Of a DNA stretch of 64,000 nt, positions 56,826 to 64,000 are shown one piece after another. Under the pieces are notes generated by a model. That model saw only the letters and a list, made by a program, of their open reading frames with translations, was not told the DNA's origin and did no database searches. The number at the start of each line of letters is the position of its first letter. Position 1 is the stretch's first letter. A program made the position numbers and the translations under genes. This stretch comes from a virus (Duplodnaviria; Caudoviricetes): positions 1,316 through 65,315 of the IMG/VR virus record IMGVR_UViG_2852574111_000002, one strand, 5' to 3'.

Positions 56826-57827
56826 CTATCGTTCGCCTGCCGCCTGTTGCCGTCTGTCCGGCCCGTCACGGCTCGGTGGCCATGCGCTCGGCAGCAATCG
56901 CCCTGTGACCTTGTGCGGCCGGCCAGCGAACGGCCGGGCCGGGTAGACGAAGGCGCGCAGCGGCAGGCCTGCCTCTTCGGCGACCGCCTGCCATTCCCGC
57001 CATTCGGGCGTGTCAACCTCGACGATGACGCCGTGCGCGAAGTTCGGCCCCAGCGCCTGCCGCAGCGCCGCCACGGCCGGGCTGTCCGGCGGCCTCGGTG
57101 CCAGTGACGTCGCGAAGTTCGCGAAGATGTGCCGGGCGAGATAGGCGCTCGGATCGAGCATTTTCCGCGGCTTGGGTTTCTCCGCTGCGCACGCCGCCCG
57201 GTATGGCGCGATGGCGTCGACGGCTTTCCGCCTCTCGGTATCCGAAAGCTTGTTCCAATGCCGGCGCGGGGTGACGGTCGATGCCGTCGGCGGCGCGGCG
57301 TAGCGGCGGATGAACTCGGCGTAGAGCTCATCCTCCTGCCCTGACGAAGTCCCCTCGCCCACCGCCCCCTTGGGGGCTATGGGGGTGACCTTCGGTTCTT
57401 CTGACGGTTCTATGGGGGTGTCAGCAGTGAAACCCCCGGGGGTGTCAGCACTGACACCCTCCCCCTTGCTTCCTAGGGTGTCAGCCTGACACCCTCCCCC
57501 CGGAACGTCCCCGGAACATCCTTGCGCAGATGCAACATCATCTGGCGTGAGAACTCGGCTCAGCACCAAGCGATAGTGGTTGGCCTTCTGCCTGCCGCTG
57601 GCTTCACGCACCTCGGTCTTCTGGACAAGGCCGCGCTCGATCAGCCACCCGATGCGACGAAGCACGGTGCTCTTCGACTGGCACGATTCCTCGCAGATGC
57701 GCGCGATGGTCGGCCAGCACTCGCCGGTCTTCTTGTCCGCATAGTTGGCGAGCGAGATCAGCACCAGCTTGGTCGCCGCGTCGGTGATGTACTGATCCAG
57801 CGCCCAGGCCACGGCTTGCACACTCAT
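56826..57827 (-). CDS. Replication initiator (lambda O-like, N-terminal HTH)
   Basis: MSVQAVAWAL..KLVL..LANYAD..G.CWP; internal iterons. Confidence 0.82.
   Translation of the reverse strand: MSVQAVAWALDQYITDAATKLVLISLANYADKKTGECWPTIARICEESCQSKSTVLRRIGWLIERGLVQKTEVREASGRQKANHYRLVLSRVLTPDDVASAQGCSGDVPGGGCQADTLGSKGEGVSADTPGGFTADTPIEPSEEPKVTPIAPKGAVGEGTSSGQEDELYAEFIRRYAAPPTASTVTPRRHWNKLSDTERRKAVDAIAPYRAACAAEKPKPRKMLDPSAYLARHIFANFATSLAPRPPDSPAVAALRQALGPNFAHGVIVEVDTPEWREWQAVAEEAGLPLRAFVYPARPFAGRPHKVTGRLLPSAWPPSRDGPDRRQQAAGER
57380..57500. promoter_or_regulatory. Putative helper replication origin (iterons inside the initiator gene)
   Basis: GGGTGTCAGC at 57416, 57440, 57476; inverted CTGACACCC at 57451, 57486. 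Confidence 0.7.
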
Positions 57828-57883
57828 GCGTTGGGCCTCCCCAAACGCCAGACGGAGAATTCCACCCCCTCGACAAATCGAAG

Positions 57884-58588
57884 GTGGCCGGCAAGTCTTT
57901 CGCTATGGGGCTGCGACTCTTGACTGGACCGCTTGGACTGCTGATTGTCGGCACTCTTCTGGGTGTGCCCTTGGGTATGTCCGTAGTCCCATTTCTGTTG
58001 TGGGACGTACGAGGAGATTGGGTCGCCTTTGCTGGCGCGGTGGCTGGCGGTATTGCTGGCGGCGCAATGACATTGATAGCCGGCGCGTTGGCTTGGCGGG
58101 CCGCGATGGCAGAGATCGAGCTCACACAAAGAAAGGAGGCGAAAGCGGCAGATGAAGTATTGGGCCTCCTCGACGCATATGCTGCAGGCATCGAAACCGC
58201 CTGCCGAGAGATCGAAGGCAGAGCCAGTGTTATATTCGGCGATCGTAGCGGCATATCTCAGCTGACCCGCGACGAGGCGCGGCACACCAGGCTCGGGATA
58301 CGGTACGCAATCCGTCGCTCCACATTGGGAATACGCGCGGAGGATGTCGAGCGCGTCATTCCAAGAGTGCCGCTGGCGTTGATGGTCCCGCTCCGCGACT
58401 TGGTGGATGACGACGGCACCCTGCATCGTGTTGAGGAACAGATTCACTCCGCCATAGAGGCGAGCACTGACCAGAACTCCGGGTCGGTTCGAACACCTGT
58501 GATGGAGGGACCGCGAATCCGCCTGACGGTCCGTGGGATTCGAGCCAAAGCCGAAGCCCTGCGAGAGGCGGTGGCACAACACCGCTAA
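57884..58588 (+). CDS. Membrane-anchored hypothetical protein (antisense moron)
   Basis: Two N-terminal hydrophobic segments; opposite strand to the early operon. Confidence 0.6.
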   Translation: MAGKSFAMGLRLLTGPLGLLIVGTLLGVPLGMSVVPFLLWDVRGDWVAFAGAVAGGIAGGAMTLIAGALAWRAAMAEIELTQRKEAKAADEVLGLLDAYAAGIETACREIEGRASVIFGDRSGISQLTRDEARHTRLGIRYAIRRSTLGIRAEDVERVIPRVPLALMVPLRDLVDDDGTLHRVEEQIHSAIEASTDQNSGSVRTPVMEGPRIRLTVRGIRAKAEALREAVAQHR

Positions 58589-58596
58589 GGAGAGAC

Positions 58597-58917
58597 TCAT
58601 GGCGCCCCCTCCAAGTCAATCCTCGCCAGCATGTCGAGCACCGTGCCGATCGGAGAGAGCGCCCTGCCCTCCTCATCTCGCGACAGGCCATGCCGGAGCA
58701 CGTCGGGGCTGGCGCCATGCTGCAGAGCGATGGAGGTGACAACCGCGGCATCGCGGGCATTCACCTCGACATCGGTCCCGGCCTTAGGGCCGCAGAGGAA
58801 GATCTCGCCCAGGCGGCCGTCGTCATAGTAGCCGAAGGTGGCCGTGTAGCTGATGCCCTTCACTTCGATCTCGAAGCTCTCAGCGGCACGGCGGTCGGGA
58901 AGCACCTCGCGCGTCAC
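58597..58917 (-). CDS. Stand-alone TSCPD-like (class II RNR C-terminal-like) protein
   Basis: R.LPDRR, G.Y.DGRLGEIF, S.ALQHG. Confidence 0.65.
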   Translation of the reverse strand: MTREVLPDRRAAESFEIEVKGISYTATFGYYDDGRLGEIFLCGPKAGTDVEVNARDAAVVTSIALQHGASPDVLRHGLSRDEEGRALSPIGTVLDMLARIDLEGAP

Positions 58918-59059
58918 AGCCCGCACCCCTCGCCTGGAATGAGGAGCGGCTGCACCAGACCACGGGGCTTCTTCGGCGCCGGAGGAGAGGTGAGAGAAAA
59001 CGGTGTAGTCATGCCGCCCACCTCTCGACAGAGGGCAACGCACCGCGCAGCCTGAAGAG

Positions 59060-59620
59060 ATGGCGCGGATCGGTCTTCCAATCATTGTGCTGGTCAGCAT
59101 CGCTACAGGTGCGCTGCTCGAAGGATTCCTTCGACTTGATCCCTTCGCGGATAGCGCAAGATGGATGACCGAGGTCGCGGCGGCATGGGTTCAAGCCGCC
59201 GGCGCGCTGCTTACGATTGTTCTCACCGGTGGCTTTGCAATCTATGAAATGATGTCCAGAGGGGCAACTAAGCGAGAAGAAAAGCGCATAAACTACAGCA
59301 TTGCCCTCGACATATACAAAGACAGCGTCGAGCAGCTTGACGGATATTTTACATACGACATTGACATGCGCCATGTCGCCAAGACTATCGTCAAGTCGAA
59401 CGTCGAGCTTATTCAGCAGATAGCTTTTAAGGATTTGCCGAGCAATGGCGCGGCCAAGGATATGTTCAAGATGCGACTTTTCATCATCTCCATCCATGCC
59501 GCGATGGAGCGTGAAGACGGTAGATTTGAATCCGTCGCGCTTGCCGATGAATTGCGAGCCGATGCGATTGCATTCCGCGATCAGCCTAGAAACGACAACG
59601 GCCCACTGTTCGATCTGTGA
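59060..59620 (+). CDS. Membrane-anchored hypothetical protein (antisense moron)
   Basis: AAWVQAAGALLTI TM motif; AT-richer. Confidence 0.65.
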   Translation: MARIGLPIIVLVSIATGALLEGFLRLDPFADSARWMTEVAAAWVQAAGALLTIVLTGGFAIYEMMSRGATKREEKRINYSIALDIYKDSVEQLDGYFTYDIDMRHVAKTIVKSNVELIQQIAFKDLPSNGAAKDMFKMRLFIISIHAAMEREDGRFESVALADELRADAIAFRDQPRNDNGPLFDL

Positions 59621-59628
59621 CTGTGCGA

Positions 59629-60237
59629 TCATGCCGGCACCTCGGCGTGATCAAACTTTGCCGCCTCGTTGCCCCAAGTTGCCCAGCCGGCGCGCGACTG
59701 CCGCGAGAACACCGAGACGCGGCGCGCCTCCGGCCACGCCTTCTCCACGGCCAAGTAGAATTCGTCGGGCTTGCGGGAATGCTCGCGGGCGAGGCCGTCG
59801 ATCGCGTCGGCTTCTAGCGTCTCGACCAGGTTGGGGAAGCCGGCGCCCTTCCATGACGAGCCGGACAGCCGCGCGATTATGTACGGCTCGTGGAGTGAGC
59901 GGGCGACATAGCCCGTACCCCAGCGCATCTTCCCGCTCGGTGTCCGCTTGGTCCATCCGCCACCGGTCACCGGCAGCAGCCCCCAACCGCGGATCACCTC
60001 GACATGGGCGCCGATCGCCACCAGCGGCCAGGTGCACCACATGATGCACACCCCGCCCGGCGCGAGCAGGTTGCCCACTGGCAGCGCCTTGATGTCGTCC
60101 AACGACATCGTCTGGTACTGTGCCTGGGCAGACTTCTTCTCTCCCTTGGCCGAGCGAAGGGCGAAGGTCCACGCGGGGTCGATCTCGGCGACATCGTAGG
60201 CGAACATCGACAGGGGGGAGAACGGCCAGCCGGTCAC
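59629..60237 (-). CDS. MT-A70 family N6-adenine methyltransferase
   Basis: DPAW motif IV variant, YQTMSLDDIKALPV, MWCT.P, HSRKPD. Confidence 0.85.
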   Translation of the reverse strand: MTGWPFSPLSMFAYDVAEIDPAWTFALRSAKGEKKSAQAQYQTMSLDDIKALPVGNLLAPGGVCIMWCTWPLVAIGAHVEVIRGWGLLPVTGGGWTKRTPSGKMRWGTGYVARSLHEPYIIARLSGSSWKGAGFPNLVETLEADAIDGLAREHSRKPDEFYLAVEKAWPEARRVSVFSRQSRAGWATWGNEAAKFDHAEVPA

Positions 60238-61631
60238 GCCGCTTCCTCCTGCAGCATGGCCTCGAGCGACTTCACCTCCGCTGCGACCTCAGTGCCGGAA
60301 GTCACCAGTCCGTCAATTTTGTGAACTGCGTGGTGCACGGTCTTGTGGTCGCGACCGCCGAAACGTCGGCCGATCTCCGGCAGTGATCGCAGGGTCAGCG
60401 TCTTAGCGAGGTACATCGCAATCTGGCGCGGCTTCACCACGTTCGCGGTGCGACGCTGCGAGAGGATGTCGGTGCGGCTGACGTTGTAGTGCTTCGTCAC
60501 CACCCGCATGATGTCGTCGATGCGGATCCTCTTCGGCTCCTCGGGGCGGATGAGGTCTCGAAGCGCCATCTCCGCCACGTCGGGCGTGATCCCGCGGCCG
60601 GTCAGCTGGTTGTGGGCCAACAGGCGGTTGAGAGCGCCGTCGAGGTCCCTCCCCGTCTTCCCGCACCGGCGGGCGACATAGCGGAGAATGTCCGGCTCGA
60701 TGCTAAAGCCCGGATACTGCTGGGCGAGCACGGCGAGGCGGGCTGTCAGGATTTCGAGCTTGAGCTCGTCCTCCAACGGGGCGATCTCGACGACAAGGCC
60801 GCCCGCCATGCGGGAGCGTGCGCGCTCGTCCATGGCGTCGAGCTCGGCGGGCGAGCGATCGGCGGCGAGCACCACCTGGCGCCGGCACGCGATCACGGCG
60901 TTGAGCGTGTAGGCGAACTCCTGAAGGACGCTCTTGCCCTGCAGGAATTGCACGTCGTCGATGATGAGCGTGTCGGCTGTGCGCAGGGCATCCTGGAATG
61001 CCGCCGCCGATTGGCCCTTCAGGGCGGCGACGAAGCCGAACATGAAGCGCTCGGCCGTCAGGTAGAGGACGCGGCGACCGCCCGCCTCGCCGGCAGCGGC
61101 GACGGACTGAAGCAGGTGCGTCTTGCCAAGGCCGACGCCGCCATGGACGAACAGCGGGTTGAACACCGCATCGCCGGCCGACGGGACGTCTGCGACCCTC
61201 TTCGCCGCGGCGTGGGCGAGGCGGTTGGAATCGCCGAGCCTGAGGGTCTCGAAGGTCAGGCGGGGATCGAGGGGCGAGCCAAGTGGCGTGTCGACGGCGT
61301 GCATCGCGGGGGCGACCGGCACCAGAGGCGGCGCGGGGATGCTCACCCGCGCGACCGGCGACGGCGGCCGGTTCAGCGTGACCTGCCGGACATTGATCAC
61401 GAGGCGCAAGTCGGGGTCGATGGTCTGCCAGATCGTGGTCAGCAACGCTTCATAGTGCTGCGCGATCCAGACCTTCAGGAATCGGGTCGGGACCGACAAC
61501 ACGACAACGCCTTCAGCGCATCCCTCGAATTCCAGGCGGGTGAACCAACTCGCATAGATCTCGGCGCCCACCCGCGCCTTCAGCATGGCGCGAAGGCGGG
61601 TCCATGTCTCGGCATCGACGGTCGTGTCCAT
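60234..61631 (-). CDS. dnaA: Full-length DnaA paralogue carried by the prophage
   Basis: Domain I (W..L...VG..Y.SWF), Walker A GGVGLGKT, Walker B IDDVQFL, domain IV RQIAMYL..SLPEIG..FGGRDH; phage rather than dnaN/recF context. Confidence 0.9.
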   Translation of the reverse strand: MDTTVDAETWTRLRAMLKARVGAEIYASWFTRLEFEGCAEGVVVLSVPTRFLKVWIAQHYEALLTTIWQTIDPDLRLVINVRQVTLNRPPSPVARVSIPAPPLVPVAPAMHAVDTPLGSPLDPRLTFETLRLGDSNRLAHAAAKRVADVPSAGDAVFNPLFVHGGVGLGKTHLLQSVAAAGEAGGRRVLYLTAERFMFGFVAALKGQSAAAFQDALRTADTLIIDDVQFLQGKSVLQEFAYTLNAVIACRRQVVLAADRSPAELDAMDERARSRMAGGLVVEIAPLEDELKLEILTARLAVLAQQYPGFSIEPDILRYVARRCGKTGRDLDGALNRLLAHNQLTGRGITPDVAEMALRDLIRPEEPKRIRIDDIMRVVTKHYNVSRTDILSQRRTANVVKPRQIAMYLAKTLTLRSLPEIGRRFGGRDHKTVHHAVHKIDGLVTSGTEVAAEVKSLEAMLQEEAA

Positions 61632-61657
61632 CGCGGCCACCTCAATGTTGGAGATTG

Positions 61658-61927
61658 TCAGCCCACCATCCCGAGCGATTGCAGATAGAGGTCGACGATC
61701 GCCTCGTGCTCGGCGCGCTGGTCGGCGTCCTGGCGACGGATCTTGAGGATTTCCTTCAGCGCCTTCACGTCGAAGCCGGTTCCCTTGGCTTCGGCGAAGA
61801 CGTCCTTGATGTCGTCGGAGATGGTCTTCTTCTCCTCCTCCAGGCGCTCGATCCGCTCGATGAAGGAGATCAGCTGCTCCTTCGCGAAGTCGGCGGCAGA
61901 CGGCTCGTCATTCGGTAATTCGGACAT
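61658..61927 (-). CDS. DUF2312 / GapR-like nucleoid-associated protein
   Basis: [34 protein letters not shown]. Confidence 0.88.
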   Translation of the reverse strand: MSELPNDEPSAADFAKEQLISFIERIERLEEEKKTISDDIKDVFAEAKGTGFDVKALKEILKIRRQDADQRAEHEAIVDLYLQSLGMVG

Positions 61928-61959
61928 GGCAAGGCCTCGATGTTTAGGCGGGCTGGGGA

Positions 61960-62208
61960 TCAGCGCGCGAAAAGGTCCGCCACCGGCGCGGGCGGCCGCG
62001 CGGCGGGCTTGGGCTGCTTGAGTTCGGTAGCGATGAGCGCTGAGGTGATCTCGACGAGCTCTTTGCTGGTCTTGGCGCGGCGGTCGTGCGCCTGCTTCAG
62101 CCGCTTGTATTCGGCGATCTTGTCAGCGCGGGCGGCGGCCAGCTTGCGCCGACGTATCTCCGTCGGTGTCGGCTTTGGGTCGGCCGTCTTGAGGTAGGTG
62201 CGCGGCAT
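61960..62208 (-). CDS. Small basic hypothetical protein
   Basis: 82 aa within the early operon. Confidence 0.5.
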   Translation of the reverse strand: MPRTYLKTADPKPTPTEIRRRKLAAARADKIAEYKRLKQAHDRRAKTSKELVEITSALIATELKQPKPAARPPAPVADLFAR

Positions 62209-62375
62209 GGCGGTTGCCCCTCGTCACCTGGCGAAGAGCGTGGCGAGCAGGTTCGCCGCCATGTCGATGAGGTCTTTGGTGAAGTGCTGTCGCTCGCGAC
62301 GCCGGCGGACGGCCGGCTGCTCGAAGGTGCAGCGCTTGCGGCGCGGCCGGCGGGGCGCGAATGCAACTCGGCTCG

Positions 62376-62885
62376 TCATTGCCCGCCTCCCTGCTTAGGA
62401 AGCCGGCTCACATTGCTCGCGCCCGCGGCCTTGATCTCCGCGCACTCTTCCCGCAGCTCATCGACAGCGCGCGCCAGATCGGCGGCTTCCCGGTCAATCC
62501 GCTCCGCATCGGTTGCGGAGAAGCGCCCGTCCGCGCGGGCTTCAGCCACGGCATGCGTGACATCGGCGAATTCGCGCATGACCGCGGTGTGGCGGGCGTC
62601 GATGTCGACCCTCTTGCCGCCATCGTCCTCACCGGACCGCGTCAGCTCATGGCCGCTATAGTCCGCCATTACCTTGGTGACGTACGGGCGGCCGCAATCC
62701 GCCTCCAACACCATGGCCGAGAGAAGCGGGATCAGGTCCTTGTCCTGCTGGTAGCGGTAGACGCTGCCGGGGTGGACTCCGAGGAGCTCGGCACTGCGTT
62801 CGGCGCCGCCGCATTCGGTGATCAGGTCGCGAGTCGCGGCGACGATGCGCAGGCGCCAGGCACGCGGGAGTGGGTGCTCAGCCAA
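62376..62885 (-). CDS. CII-like regulatory protein
   Basis: ATRDLI..CGG.., LEADCGRP.VT; directly after cro; start uncertain. Confidence 0.6.
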   Translation of the reverse strand: MAEHPLPRAWRLRIVAATRDLITECGGAERSAELLGVHPGSVYRYQQDKDLIPLLSAMVLEADCGRPYVTKVMADYSGHELTRSGEDDGGKRVDIDARHTAVMREFADVTHAVAEARADGRFSATDAERIDREAADLARAVDELREECAEIKAAGASNVSRLPKQGGGQ

Positions 62886-63189
62886 GGTGCCCCTCCCCTG
62901 AGAATTCGACCGCACCATTCGCGGCGGTATCGACCGATGGGACGTGCGAAGACGAGGGGGACGGGCGACGGACATCAGCCGGCCAGACGGCATCAACCGG
63001 CCAGTTGTCCGAGAACCATTGAATGATCTCGTCATACTTCCTAGCCGTGAAGGATCGGCCGGTTGCGATGCGAGAGAAGAAGCTGCCATCGTTGGCGGCC
63101 ATGCGGCCCACCGTCGAAAGCTCGAAGCGGCGTGCGGCTGCGAACGCTACGGCGCAGGAATGCAGATTGGTTCGAAGTTCCTCTTCCAT
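62878..63189 (-). CDS. Cro-like small regulator
   Basis: Divergent from cI; STVGR..NDG.FF.RI..G..T......WFSDNWP..WP. Confidence 0.72.
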   Translation of the reverse strand: MEEELRTNLHSCAVAFAAARRFELSTVGRMAANDGSFFSRIATGRSFTARKYDEIIQWFSDNWPVDAVWPADVRRPSPSSSHVPSVDTAANGAVEFSGEGHLG

Positions 63190-63201
63190 GCCGCGACCAT
63201 A

Positions 63202-63273
63202 GTGGGATTAATCCCACCTTTCAAGTCTCATTTCCTACGCATTTCCCATTCAGAGTTGTGGGATAATTCCCAA
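63202..63273. promoter_or_regulatory. cI/cro operator region
   Basis: Perfect palindrome GTGGGATTAATCCCAC (63202-63217) and near copy GTGGGATAATTCCCAA (63258-63273). Confidence 0.75.
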
Positions 63274-63274
63274 C

Positions 63275-64000
63275 ATGGAGAGGTCACTAAAAATCGTCGT
63301 CGAAGATCGCCTGCGAGTGCTGGATCTCGGACCTATTGAGGCCGCGACCGCGGCTGGGCTTGAGCGGACATTCATTCGCGACATCGTCGAGGGACGGAAG
63401 GAGACAATCCGCCAGTCGAGCTTGGCAAAACTGGCGGCTGCGCTGAGATGGTCCCCGGCTCAGCTAAACGCGGCACTAGCCGGGCAGGAGCCCATGGATG
63501 CTGACGAGATCAGGCCCGTTGACAGCCCCCTCATCCCAGTTCGCGTGCAAGGCATTGTCGAGGCTGGCGCGTGGCGCGCCGTCGCAGAATTCGATGATGT
63601 CCAAGATGAGCGCGTATTCGACACTCGTGACCCTGATTTTCCACAGGCCAGCCTCTTCGCCAGCGACGTAGCAGGCGACTCCATGAACGACCTCAAGCCG
63701 CGCCCGATCATGCCAGGAGACCGCATCACCTGGGTACGGTTCGACGATCTCGGAGGGCGTGTCCCGCTGCGGGACGGCATGGTGGTGGTCGTGGAACAGT
63801 TAAAAGACGGCGGCCATCTACGAGAACGATCGGTGAAGCAGCTTGAGCTATTCGAGGATCATTACGAGTTCCACCCGCGGTCGACCAACCCGAAGCACAA
63901 GCCGATCGTCGTCGATCGGGACTTCGAGGCCGACGACGGCAGGACAGTCGAGGTTATCGGCTTAGTGCGCAAGGTGATGAACACGATCCCTATATCGTAA
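63275..64000 (+). CDS. cI: CI-like repressor (HTH plus S24 peptidase)
   Basis: N-terminal HTH, VEAG cleavage-site motif, GDSM catalytic Ser, SVKQL Lys. Confidence 0.88.
   Translation: MERSLKIVVEDRLRVLDLGPIEAATAAGLERTFIRDIVEGRKETIRQSSLAKLAAALRWSPAQLNAALAGQEPMDADEIRPVDSPLIPVRVQGIVEAGAWRAVAEFDDVQDERVFDTRDPDFPQASLFASDVAGDSMNDLKPRPIMPGDRITWVRFDDLGGRVPLRDGMVVVVEQLKDGGHLRERSVKQLELFEDHYEFHPRSTNPKHKPIVVDRDFEADDGRTVEVIGLVRKVMNTIPIS

Larger units (their letters stand above)
1..64000 (-). mobile_element. Lambda/HK97-like siphoviral prophage (helper); both ends probably extend beyond the window
   Basis: Ordered cI/cro, replication, cos-HNH-TerS-TerL-portal-protease-capsid, neck, tail tube, tape measure, tail tip, fibre and lysis modules; no host housekeeping synteny. 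Confidence 0.95.

Noticed and set aside
57371-57384. CCCCCTTGGGGG palindrome as a third copy of the satellite 28-bp palindrome
   Set aside because: Shorter, lacks the GACGT arms, and lies in the PxAPKG-coding stretch common to phage initiators
60234-61631. Host chromosomal dnaA with oriC
   Set aside because: Flanked by phage early genes, with no dnaN, recF, gyrB or rpsT and no DnaA-box cluster
1-64000. tRNA, rRNA, IS elements and the helper's own att/integrase
   Set aside because: None recognisable by eye; tRNAscan-SE and ISEScan plus flanking sequence would be needed to exclude them

Overview
The whole window is prophage DNA from a high-GC alphaproteobacterium (Hyphomicrobiales-like, judged from an alpha-type LexA box, a GapR/DUF2312 gene and a DUF982 gene). 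A lambda/HK97-like siphoviral prophage reads mostly on the minus strand, from the cI/cro switch at the right edge through early and replication genes (including a full-length DnaA paralogue), cos, HNH, terminase, portal, capsid, neck, tail and lysis. It ends in a surface-glycan modification cassette and an SOS-box-controlled cluster of small genes at the left. Its own integrase and att sites are not in the window. The main discovery is a 17.2-kb tail-less, capsid-forming satellite (cf-PICI-like) at 19219-36414, flanked by 7-bp direct repeats GGCAGCG. It carries an integrase, a putative rep gene with an iteron origin, a cos-like site, a full head and packaging module, and defence-like cargo. 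It sits inside codons 13-15 of the helper prophage's tail-tip (TipJ-like) gene. Precise excision rejoins a 14-codon 5' piece to the 3' part in frame, giving a 1104-aa protein. The satellite therefore appears to block helper tail production until it has excised. All family assignments come from motif recognition by eye; no database searches were run.
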